From NCBI GenBank assembly GCA_964621025.1, contig CAZUKQ010000001.1:79288-143287 (forward strand): 64,000 nucleotides of DNA, written 5' to 3'. The DNA is from Candidatus Woesearchaeota archaeon. GTDB lineage: Archaea > Nanobdellota > Nanobdellia > Pacearchaeales > GW2011-AR1. The position numbers and the translations under genes were made by a program. A model generated the notes under the pieces. That model ran no database searches. It was not told the DNA's origin and saw nothing but the letters and a program-made list of their open reading frames with translations. Shown here piece after piece: positions 27,396 through 35,626 of the stretch (within the stretch, counting starts at the first letter, position 1; every line of letters starts with the position of its first letter).

Positions 27396-27971
27396 GTGAT
27401 TATTTTCATTGTTCCTAAAAATTCTGGTTTAATAAAATATCAAGAACTTTTGAAAGATTACAACATTTTTGGAGAAAATATAGAAACTCGTGGAGAAGAT
27501 GTTCCCTTGATAGTTTCTAGTTTAATTAAACAGGGAAAAAGAGTATTTGGTATCACGGGTGAAGATCTTCTTAAAGAATTTTTGTTAGAAAATCGAAATA
27601 CGGGATTAAACATAAAAAAAAGATTTTCTTGGAATGACTCTAACTGTATGTTTGGAAAACCTACTTTGTGTTTATTAGGCCCCGAAGACAAAAACTTGAG
27701 TAGTCTGCCCAAAAAATTAATAGTTTGCATAAATAGAAAATATTCAAAAATTGCTAAAAAATATCTTTCAAGAATTGAAGACGGAGGTTTTCAGTTTAAA
27801 AAAATTTATCTTTCTGGGGCTACTGAACAAACATTTCAAAAGAACATATCTAACTTAGTGATAGATATTGTTTATTCTGGTACTTCTGCAAAAGAGGCAG
27901 GACTAAAAGTTTATGAAAAAATATTTTCTTCAGATATTGTATTAATAGGGGGTGATGGTTATGAACTTTGA
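27396..27971 (+). CDS. hisG: ATP phosphoribosyltransferase, short form (HisG-S, 191 aa)
   Basis: GTG start. GEDVPLIVSSLIKQGKRVFGITGEDLLKE and ATEQTF...VIDIVYSGTSAKEAGL match HisG. The C-terminal regulatory domain is absent. Confidence 0.75.
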   Translation: MIIFIVPKNSGLIKYQELLKDYNIFGENIETRGEDVPLIVSSLIKQGKRVFGITGEDLLKEFLLENRNTGLNIKKRFSWNDSNCMFGKPTLCLLGPEDKNLSSLPKKLIVCINRKYSKIAKKYLSRIEDGGFQFKKIYLSGATEQTFQKNISNLVIDIVYSGTSAKEAGLKVYEKIFSSDIVLIGGDGYEL

Positions 27972-28548
27972 TATTGATGAACTTGACTTTGAAAAGGGAA
28001 AGGGGCTTATTCCTACTGTTGTAAAAGACATACAAGGTAATGTTCTTATGTTAGCTTACTCTAATAAAGAAAGTTTAGATAGGACAATAAAAACTAAAAA
28101 ATGTTGGTACTTTAGTCGAAGCAGAAATGAACTTTGGTTCAAAGGTAAAACTTCTGGAAATACTCAGGAATTTATAGAAATAAAAACAGATTGCGATAAC
28201 GACTCTCTTCTTTTTATAGTAAAACAAAAAGGAAATGCCTGCCATGTTAATAGATATAGCTGTTTTGAAGAAGAGAAAATATTTGATCTGGAAGAACTTT
28301 ACAATAAGATTCTTAGTAAAATTGAAAGTGAAGATAATAATTCTTACACAAAAAAACTTATTGCTGATAAGGAACTGCTAAAAAGAAAACTGATAGAAGA
28401 ATCGGCAGAAGTTATAACTGCAAAAAATAAAGAAGAACTTATTTGGGAATGCTCTGACTTAATTTATTTTCTTCTAGTTTATATGGCTGAGGCTAAAATT
28501 ACTCTCGAGGATATTTACAAAGAAAATGAAAGGAGAGATAAAAAATGA
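27952..28548 (+). CDS. hisIE: Bifunctional phosphoribosyl-AMP cyclohydrolase / phosphoribosyl-ATP pyrophosphatase
   Basis: HisI core GLIPTVVKD...WYFSRSRNELWFKGKTSGN...DCDNDSLLF...GNACH. HisE tail SYTKKLI...KLIEESAEVI. An SD-like GGGGGTGATGG lies immediately upstream, abutting the start codon. Confidence 0.85.
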   Translation: MMVMNFDIDELDFEKGKGLIPTVVKDIQGNVLMLAYSNKESLDRTIKTKKCWYFSRSRNELWFKGKTSGNTQEFIEIKTDCDNDSLLFIVKQKGNACHVNRYSCFEEEKIFDLEELYNKILSKIESEDNNSYTKKLIADKELLKRKLIEESAEVITAKNKEELIWECSDLIYFLLVYMAEAKITLEDIYKENERRDKK

Positions 28549-29405
28549 GCAATATAAAAGTAATAGAAAAACTTGGGGGGAAACCGGGAAAGACTACCCT
28601 AATACTTGCAGGAGTACATGGAAATGAAACTTGCGGAGTAAGAGCATTTGATGAGATACTTCCTAATTTGAATATTGAATCTGGCAAGGTTATCTTTATT
28701 TACTCTAATCTTGAAGCAATAAGTCAAAATAAAAGATGTATTGAAAAAAATCTTAATAGATGTTTTTTTAAAAATCAACCAGAAGACATTTACAATAGTC
28801 TTGAAGGTAAAACTGCAAGAGAAATAATGTCTTATCTTGAACAAGCCGATTTAATGCTAGATATACACCAAAGTTTCACAGCGGACTCTCTACCCTTTGT
28901 AATTATTGATGAAAAAAATATAGCTATCGGAAAGATATTTGACTCAGAAATTGTCAGCTTTAATTGGGATACTTTTGAACCAGGATCTACGGACTACTTC
29001 ATGAATTTACAGAAAAAAATAGGTATCTGCTTTGAGTGTGGTGCCTTTCAAGATCTATCAACTAAAGAAAGAGCTAAAAAAGCAATATTTAATTTCTTGA
29101 TTTATACTGGAAATCTGGATGGTAATTTGGAAGAACGAAAAGAACAAAGAATATTAAAAATAAAATCTATTTATAAAAACTATATCTCCCCGTTTACTAG
29201 AGTAAAATATCTACCTGACTTTTGGAAGGCTAAAGAAAAAGTGATATTGGGGAAAGAAGGAAAGAGAGATGTATTTATTGAGAAAGAAGATATTGTTTTG
29301 TTTTTGTCTAATAGTAAAGAACTAAATGAAGAATGTTTTTTACTGGCAGAAGAAATCTATTTAAACAAACAAAACACTACAAACTTGAGAGAATTAAAAT
29401 GGTGA
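28545..29405 (+). CDS. Succinylglutamate desuccinylase/aspartoacylase (AstE/AspA) family zinc deacylase
   Basis: TLILAGVHGNETCGVRA motif (HxxE zinc site) and a later H in LDIHQS. ATGA overlap with hisIE. Confidence 0.7.
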   Translation: MSNIKVIEKLGGKPGKTTLILAGVHGNETCGVRAFDEILPNLNIESGKVIFIYSNLEAISQNKRCIEKNLNRCFFKNQPEDIYNSLEGKTAREIMSYLEQADLMLDIHQSFTADSLPFVIIDEKNIAIGKIFDSEIVSFNWDTFEPGSTDYFMNLQKKIGICFECGAFQDLSTKERAKKAIFNFLIYTGNLDGNLEERKEQRILKIKSIYKNYISPFTRVKYLPDFWKAKEKVILGKEGKRDVFIEKEDIVLFLSNSKELNEECFLLAEEIYLNKQNTTNLRELKW

Positions 29406-29887
29406 AACAAAATAAAAAAAAGAAATTGAAAGTTCAAAAGAAAAGAACAAGATTGTTTGATAATTTTTTCCTGGCCTTGCTTTTATTTATCTTAGTTCTT
29501 GAATTCTTTTTGCTTTCACCAACTACATCTAGTCTTGTTGAAAAAGTTCCTATGCTTTATCTATCAGTCTTTTATGTATGTGTATTTCTATTCCCTTTCT
29601 GGATTTTAATTTCATACTACTTCAACACTATCTTGAAGAATGAAACACCTAGTGCAACAAAACTTTTAGTTAGTGCGTTGATTAGAGGGCTAGTATATTT
29701 TATATTATTTATAATAATTCTTGCGTTTATAGTCCTTGAAACTAGAGAAATAGCTGTTATTCTTTTATCTAAAATCTTTGTCCAAATAGCGGTTCTTCTT
29801 GGTCTGGCAATAGTTATATTCTCTTTTCTCTTGAAACTTTATCTTTGTAAAATTAAACCCCTTGAGGATAAAAAATGGAAACAGTAA
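29399..29887 (+). CDS. Polytopic membrane protein (about 4 TM), unknown function
   Basis: Re-started at ATG 29399 (MVKQNKKKK), which overlaps the upstream stop by 7 nt. The ORF-track start at 29333 lies inside the upstream gene. Confidence 0.5.
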   Translation: MVKQNKKKKLKVQKKRTRLFDNFFLALLLFILVLEFFLLSPTTSSLVEKVPMLYLSVFYVCVFLFPFWILISYYFNTILKNETPSATKLLVSALIRGLVYFILFIIILAFIVLETREIAVILLSKIFVQIAVLLGLAIVIFSFLLKLYLCKIKPLEDKKWKQ

Positions 29888-31032
29888 AGGGATTTTCCGA
29901 CTTCTTCGGTGAAGAAGCTTTAAAGAGAAAGAAAATTGTTGAAATAATTGAGGGAGAGTTTAAGAGTTATGGATTTGAACCAGCTGAAACTCCAATTATA
30001 GAATTTGAAGATTTTGTAGTGGGTGATAATAAAAATGATGAAGCTGTTCGAGATGTTTTTAGATTAAAAGATCGAGGCGAAAGAGCTCTTGCTCTGAGAT
30101 TTGAGTTTACTTTCCAGTTGAAAAGAATTGCAAAGAAACAAAAATTACCTTATAAGAGATATCAAATTGGTTACAACTTTAGAGACGAGCCAATAAAAAA
30201 AGGCAGAACAAGACAGTTCATTCAGTGTGACGCAGATATTATTGGGAGTAGCTTGAAAGATGAAGCAGAGCTTCTAGCGATGGCTTCTAAAACATTTAAC
30301 AAATTAAATATTCCTGTAAAAATTTATGTTAACAATAGAAAGTTAATGAATGAAATTTTGTCTGGAGAAAAAGTTGATGAAAAAATCAGAGATGATGTAA
30401 TCAGAGAAATTGATAAATTGGACAAATTATCCGTCGCTGAAGTTGCTGAAAATCTTTCCAAACTTGGCGCTGAAAGAGTTCTGGATATATTTAAGAAAAA
30501 AGAAGAATATTTTGAAAAATACAAATTTTATGAAGAAATTAAAAACTTGAAAAAGATTTGTAAACTTTACAACTTAGACTTTGAATTCAGACCCTTTTTA
30601 GCTAGAGGTTTTTCTTACTATAATGGAACTGTTTTTGAAATTTGGTCTGACAAACTCGGCGTTGCGATTTGTGGTGGTGGAAGTTATTTAATTGACCAGA
30701 TTCAGTCTACGGGAATTTCCCTAGGCTTGGAACCAATTTCACTTATTACTGACATAAAAGGAGAAGGTGTGGAAATTCTTTTGATTTCCTTGGAACAAGA
30801 TAAAAAAGTAATTCAACTTGCAGAAAAATTGAGAGAAGAAGGAAAAAGTGTTCAAACAATTTTAGACAAGGGTGTAGGAAAAGCAGTTGAATATGCAAAC
30901 TCTAAAAAAATTCCTAAGATAATTGTCGTTGGTAAAAAAGAAGTTGAAGCTAAAGAATATCAAATAAAAAATATGACTAGCGGGGAGTCTGTAACTGTTA
31001 AAGAAAAAGATTTGGTGAAGAAGTTGCAATGA
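29875..31032 (+). CDS. Histidyl-tRNA synthetase-like protein (HisRS or HisZ-like; motif 3 altered)
   Basis: Class II motif 2 YNFRDEPIKKGRTRQFIQCDADIIG, HisA-like RGFSYYNG, and an anticodon-binding-like C-terminus. GGGSYL (30673-30690) replaces the canonical GGGRYD. Only 385 aa. Confidence 0.7.
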   Translation: METVKGFSDFFGEEALKRKKIVEIIEGEFKSYGFEPAETPIIEFEDFVVGDNKNDEAVRDVFRLKDRGERALALRFEFTFQLKRIAKKQKLPYKRYQIGYNFRDEPIKKGRTRQFIQCDADIIGSSLKDEAELLAMASKTFNKLNIPVKIYVNNRKLMNEILSGEKVDEKIRDDVIREIDKLDKLSVAEVAENLSKLGAERVLDIFKKKEEYFEKYKFYEEIKNLKKICKLYNLDFEFRPFLARGFSYYNGTVFEIWSDKLGVAICGGGSYLIDQIQSTGISLGLEPISLITDIKGEGVEILLISLEQDKKVIQLAEKLREEGKSVQTILDKGVGKAVEYANSKKIPKIIVVGKKEVEAKEYQIKNMTSGESVTVKEKDLVKKLQ

Positions 31033-31283
31033 AAGAAGTTTATTCTGGAAAACAGCAAGGCAACTATACTATAGAAAATTTTAGGAAAGTTGTAGGCAAA
31101 ATTAAAGGAAACACCGTTATTGAGGAATTTCACGTTGACGGATTTTTTAGAGTGAAGTTTTTTTTAGCGGACGAAGTTGTTACAGTTGAATATAATTACA
31201 ATAATGGTTCAAAACAGGTTACTGTAAATCTTTATGGAAACGAAAAGAATTTTAGGAAAGTTCAAAAGTTTCTTCTTCAATAA
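31029..31283 (+). CDS. Hypothetical protein (84 aa)
   Basis: ATGA overlap with the upstream gene. No recognisable motif. Confidence 0.4.
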   Translation: MKEVYSGKQQGNYTIENFRKVVGKIKGNTVIEEFHVDGFFRVKFFLADEVVTVEYNYNNGSKQVTVNLYGNEKNFRKVQKFLLQ

Positions 31284-32136
31284 GTTCCTTAGCTGTAACT
31301 TTTTCTGATTCCTCTTCTTCTACTTCATTGAATTTTTCGAATTCTGAATCTGGAATTGCTTCCATTTCTTCCTGTAAACCTTCAATGTGCTCTTCTATTT
31401 TATTTAGTCTCATATGGATTTCTCCGAAGTGGATTTGCTGATAAAGATAAATTTCTTCATTGTTTGAGAGATGCAAAATTGGAACGAAAGAAAGAAGTCT
31501 TTCCTCTCTTGTTTGAGCAAGATGTGAAAATTTCATGTGGTCTGTTGATGGTTGTTTCATGTGCTGTTTAATTCTCTTTAGAACAGCTGCTATTCTGTCT
31601 TTCAAAGGGATTCTATTTTTGTTTGGCATAACTGTTAATGCAGACTTATTTGCCTGTCTGACCTTAATGTCTCTTCTAATCCTTCTATTTTCAGTTTCCA
31701 TGGCCTGATTCAAGGAAGCCATCAATTCTTGCAATGTAACCCTCTTATAACGAGGAATTGGAGTTCTAGGAACAAGGATTGGTAATTCATCTTCGTCTAA
31801 TTCAATTCTTTCTAGCTCATATCTCTTGGTGTCTTTTCTTCCATATAATGCTTCATCTAAGTCTCTTATGTATTGGTTAATTAGAATTTCAGATTTTAGT
31901 CTTAATAATAAAGAACAGGCCAGAAGAACTTTTGAGGAAACGAAAAAGTTCGCGTCTTCCATCTCTCTGACTACTTGCGAATATTTATCTGCTAATATTC
32001 CTAAGTCAATATCCCACGGATCTAACTGTTCAGTTTTAATTAAATCATAAATGATAGCCTGCCAGCTAACTTCTTCTCCAGTTATTAGATCGTAAAATTG
32101 CAACTGACTAATTTGGTCCTCTTTTTTCTCACTCAT
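31252..32136 (-). CDS. scpA: ScpA-like kleisin (segregation and condensation protein A)
   Basis: N-terminal pattern LITGEEVSWQAIIYDLIKTEQLDPWDIDLGILADKYSQ, acidic C-terminus, typical length. Confidence 0.65.
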   Translation of the reverse strand: MSEKKEDQISQLQFYDLITGEEVSWQAIIYDLIKTEQLDPWDIDLGILADKYSQVVREMEDANFFVSSKVLLACSLLLRLKSEILINQYIRDLDEALYGRKDTKRYELERIELDEDELPILVPRTPIPRYKRVTLQELMASLNQAMETENRRIRRDIKVRQANKSALTVMPNKNRIPLKDRIAAVLKRIKQHMKQPSTDHMKFSHLAQTREERLLSFVPILHLSNNEEIYLYQQIHFGEIHMRLNKIEEHIEGLQEEMEAIPDSEFEKFNEVEEEESEKVTAKELIEEETFELS

Positions 32137-32170
32137 TAAAATGTTAGTCTGTTCTCGTTAATAAATATTG

Positions 32171-32473
32171 TTATGAATTATCTACTAAGTCTAATTTTGC
32201 CCCAAGAAGGTGCTCTAATTCTACTGCCCTGTCCTTAAGAATTGCTAGTGAAACTTTAGTTGCTTCTTCCCGCGTTAATCTACGACTAGATCTTAAAGGA
32301 CGAAGACTCCCATCAGAATTAAGATATTTTAAGGTGTAACCCTCTCCGTCTAACTGTGATTCAAGAGTACAAGCAGTCTCGGGAGTGTCTGTTCCCCTGT
32401 AAACGAGAGCATAACTAAACATTTCTTTTCGGTCTTCTTGTTTCTCTAGTGAAAGATAGATTTCTTTAGGCAT
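32171..32473 (-). CDS. Hypothetical protein (100 aa after re-start)
   Basis: A TATA box (minus-strand AAGGTTTATATAT, plus 32491-32506) lies downstream of the ORF-track GTG start (32518). It sits about 20-25 nt upstream of ATG 32473 (MPKEIYLS). Confidence 0.45.
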   Translation of the reverse strand: MPKEIYLSLEKQEDRKEMFSYALVYRGTDTPETACTLESQLDGEGYTLKYLNSDGSLRPLRSSRRLTREEATKVSLAILKDRAVELEHLLGAKLDLVDNS

Positions 32474-32839
32474 AAGGCATAAAAAGACCGAGAATATATA
32501 AACCTTAGTTAGTGTCACTACGTAATTACAACATGACCGAAAGATTTAAATAGTATTTGAAACTAGAATATTTATCACCTCTTTTTTCCCAGAAGGGGCA
32601 AGTAGGGCATACTATTTTTTATCGCCTTATGCGCCCTTTCATGGGTTATAATCATTGATACTCAATAAAAGAAATTTTTCGAGAGATTTTTACTAAGTTT
32701 TTTTAAATTTTGTACTCTCGTTTTTCATACTTATTTATTAAGAAAGTCGCGGATCGCCTATTTTATTTTTTATTTAATCGGCCCCGCGCAATTATATTTT
32801 GTATATTGAAAATGTTTATTAACTTGGATTGTTGAAAAA

Positions 32840-33400
32840 ATGTTCATGGGAGAGTTGCCAGAAGGTAGTAAAAGAAGGTGTTGTAACAAGCCTAAGGAAC
32901 TTTGTCTTTTACAATTTGAAGCTTTGAAAAAAGAAGAAACTGCAAGAAGAAGGGTTTATGAAAGAAAAACACTTTCTGAAAAAGAATTAACAGCAGCGGT
33001 TGAAGGGAGAATGATGAGGACTTCTTTTAGTGCTTATGCTTCCGGTTTTAAGGCCGTATATTGTAATATCTTTTGTAGAGAAAGCTGTGATAATCCCTAT
33101 GATAAAGATTCTTCCCCTGAAAATGAGAGATACGATTTGGTTAATATTAGAGAAAGAATGAAGGAAATTGGACTGCTTCATATTTATTCCATGATAGAAC
33201 CAGAACTTCGAGTAGAGGTTAGTAGAAACAAATACTATCGTTCAAGAGATGCTGGAGGAGATATTGGTTGGGAAGCTGCTGAAAAAGATTATATTGCGGG
33301 AGGGTATTTGAAAAACTTTATTGAAGGAGCAAGTACTTGTTTTGTAGAAATTGGTTTACAACAAAAAGGTAAACTAGAAGAAATTTTAGCCGTAAAATAA
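32840..33400 (+). CDS. Hypothetical protein (186 aa)
   Basis: ORF only. Appears more GC-rich than its surroundings by eye. Confidence 0.5.
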   Translation: MFMGELPEGSKRRCCNKPKELCLLQFEALKKEETARRRVYERKTLSEKELTAAVEGRMMRTSFSAYASGFKAVYCNIFCRESCDNPYDKDSSPENERYDLVNIRERMKEIGLLHIYSMIEPELRVEVSRNKYYRSRDAGGDIGWEAAEKDYIAGGYLKNFIEGASTCFVEIGLQQKGKLEEILAVK

Positions 33401-33402
33401 TT

Positions 33403-33669
33403 TTAAATAATTTTCCAGCCCCTAACTTTTGCTTTTGCATATAATTCTCTAGGACATTTTGTTCCAGACTTTGAAAAAGCACAGATTATACAGCATTGAG
33501 AAATTGGTGTTCTGACTTCTTCCTTGCATTTTGGACAGGTGTATTTTTGTGGAGAAAATTCTATTGAAACTTTTGCAGTTGTGCCTTTTTTACAATGTGG
33601 GCAAACTAAAATAATTGTTTTAGGAATTTTTTGAACGCTCTTTTTTGCCATGTTTAACTTAGCTGACAC
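33403..33669 (-). CDS. Small zinc-ribbon protein (88 aa)
   Basis: CPHC...CPKC ribbon plus a CCIIC...C cluster. Overlaps the upstream Cys-rich gene by 11 nt. Confidence 0.5.
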   Translation of the reverse strand: MSAKLNMAKKSVQKIPKTIILVCPHCKKGTTAKVSIEFSPQKYTCPKCKEEVRTPISQCCIICAFSKSGTKCPRELYAKAKVRGWKII

Positions 33670-34189
33670 ATTCTCCTAATGTCCAGTAGTCTACTCCCGA
33701 AGAGCAGGCAACACAGCCAGAAGAATAGGTCTCTTTCTTTGTCCAACAAGCACCACAAGGAAGATTATTTTCTTTACAGTATGTAAGATTCCCACAGTAG
33801 TTATCTATTACTCCACAGACAGCTATATACTCCATTGTACAAATCTCTGCTTGTTTTTCTTCATTTGTACAGTTATGTATCTGAGCTAAAGAATTTGTAG
33901 CTATCTTGGTACACCATTTATAACTGTCAATACATTTGAGCATTTCTTGAGTGTATCCTTCCGGACAACCACTTTCTTGAACTAGGGAATAGTTTCCTGA
34001 TTCCATGTTCTTAACAGAAGCAATACAACAACTATAGCTGTCTTTAGACTCACATTCTTTAGCTAGGGGCCTATAATACTCTGAAAATTCTTGAAGATTA
34101 GCTTTTGGATCCTGAGAAAGAAAAATGTAACCTGAGAATACTACTAAAAAGAAAGCTGCAAAAAAAATCCCCTTCTTTTTATTATTCAT
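33659..34189 (-). CDS. Secreted/anchored Cys-rich protein (176 aa)
   Basis: N-terminal hydrophobic segment GIFFAAFFLVVFSGYIFL, then more than 20 Cys in about 150 aa. Confidence 0.55.
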   Translation of the reverse strand: MNNKKKGIFFAAFFLVVFSGYIFLSQDPKANLQEFSEYYRPLAKECESKDSYSCCIASVKNMESGNYSLVQESGCPEGYTQEMLKCIDSYKWCTKIATNSLAQIHNCTNEEKQAEICTMEYIAVCGVIDNYCGNLTYCKENNLPCGACWTKKETYSSGCVACSSGVDYWTLGECVS

Positions 34190-34455
34190 GGTATTTTTAA
34201 TAATCTAAATTATTTAAGGTTATCTAAACGGTAATCAGATTTTGTAGCCTTTTCCTTTTTTAGCCAGATTCTTTATAACTGGAGGTTTAAACTTTAACAT
34301 ATCTGCAGGATCATTTTTATCTTGATTACCTCGCATTCTTCTTAGTCTTTTTTCTAGTTCAGTCATTTCTTTTGCCATAATATCTTATGGAAACCTCTGT
34401 TTTTAAAGCTGTTTTAAAACCAAAAAGTTATATAGTTTCTAGTCTTTATAGAAAA

Positions 34456-35418
34456 ATGAAAAAAAGATTAGGTTCTCTTCTGGCTTCTGCATTAATTTGT
34501 TCTTCGGCAGTTTTAAGTAGTTCATTTAACGAAAATTTTGAAAGCCCTATTGTACCTGGACCAGTTAATGGACAGAAGGGGTGGTACTCAGCCGAACCTG
34601 CCGAGGTTTCTGTAGAAAAGTCTTTTGAAGGTTCTAACTCATTAAAACTATTTAATGGAAGTGCAAAACATTCCATCACTAATAATTCTGTTCCCTTATG
34701 GGTAAGATTTTATGCAAATTTAGAGGGAAAGCCTTCTGAAGTTCCAGTTATAGATAACCCAAACACGAGTGTTGCTTTTTATGTTAATACGAACCTAAAT
34801 ATTATTGCCTATGATCATACTAACACCGTTGAAATCCAAAATTCTCATATTAATACAAATACTTGGAATCAGTTTGATATCTTTTGTGATTATAATAACT
34901 CTACAAATCCTTCATGGAGTTTAGAATTGAATGGAACAAATCTTGCTTCAGGTTTAAAATTTTATTCAAGCAATTCACAACTTGAATCGGTTTTATTTTC
35001 AAACTCCAGTTCTTCACCAACATATGTAGACTCCATATCTTTATCGGAAATAGAACCTGAAGGTAAGCTTACAGATAGTGACGGTGACGGAATCGCAAAC
35101 TGGTGGGAACAAAAATATTTCGGTGGAATAACAAACTGTTCTGCAAGTGATTTATCTATGAATGAAAATTTTAGTTTCCTTGAATCTTATATTGCAGGAC
35201 TTAATCCTTTTAACCAGGATGATACTTTCAGAATAATTCAAGAAGGTCCAAAAAAAATGAGATGGGATTCAAAACCTGGAAGAGAATATAAAGTTTATAC
35301 AACAACTAATCTTCTTGGTGGTTTGAAATATCAACAGACAGTTGGGGAGACTAATTTCTTTGAAGATTCACAGGATACTCCTAAAAAATTCTATCAGATC
35401 AAAGTTGAGAAGAAATAA
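34456..35418 (+). CDS. Secreted protein with DSDGDG calcium-binding-type motif and C-terminal beta-sandwich-like domain
   Basis: Re-started at MKKRLGSLLASALICSSAVLSS (signal peptide). Contains DSDGDGIANWWEQKYFG and the C-terminal pattern W.S.PGREYKVYTTTNL...FYQIKV. Confidence 0.6.
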   Translation: MKKRLGSLLASALICSSAVLSSSFNENFESPIVPGPVNGQKGWYSAEPAEVSVEKSFEGSNSLKLFNGSAKHSITNNSVPLWVRFYANLEGKPSEVPVIDNPNTSVAFYVNTNLNIIAYDHTNTVEIQNSHINTNTWNQFDIFCDYNNSTNPSWSLELNGTNLASGLKFYSSNSQLESVLFSNSSSSPTYVDSISLSEIEPEGKLTDSDGDGIANWWEQKYFGGITNCSASDLSMNENFSFLESYIAGLNPFNQDDTFRIIQEGPKKMRWDSKPGREYKVYTTTNLLGGLKYQQTVGETNFFEDSQDTPKKFYQIKVEKK

Positions 35419-35421
35419 ACA

Positions 35422-35583
35422 TTAAATCTGTCTTGTCTGATTAAACTTAGCCATTAATTTTTCTAGAACTACTTGTGGTGCGAAACCCTTATTGCTACAA
35501 GCTTTCATGAATTCATCATAAACTTTTCTGTCGACGTTATACTCAAGTCTTCGCTTTTGTGCATCTGGTGGTGTTGCTGCCAT
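35422..35583 (-). CDS. RHH (CopG-like) protein, 53 aa (absent from ORF track)
   Basis: Hand translation MAATPPDAQKRRLEYNVDRKVYDEFMKACSNKGFAPQVVLEKLMAKFNQTRQI, with an RHH-like strand-helix-helix pattern. Confidence 0.5.
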   Translation of the reverse strand: MAATPPDAQKRRLEYNVDRKVYDEFMKACSNKGFAPQVVLEKLMAKFNQTRQI

Positions 35584-35626
35584 AGTTTACTTAGAGATTT
35601 AGAATATATAAATGTTCGTAGAAAAA

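Noticed and set aside
32474-32518. GTG-initiated N-terminal extension of the 32171 ORF. Analogous upstream extensions occur at 34387, 40514, 41458, 44863, 58767 and 29333.
   Set aside because: The extensions include or lie upstream of the gene's own TATA box, or lie inside the preceding gene. They also encode hydrophobic or low-complexity sequence, so downstream ATGs with proper signals were preferred.
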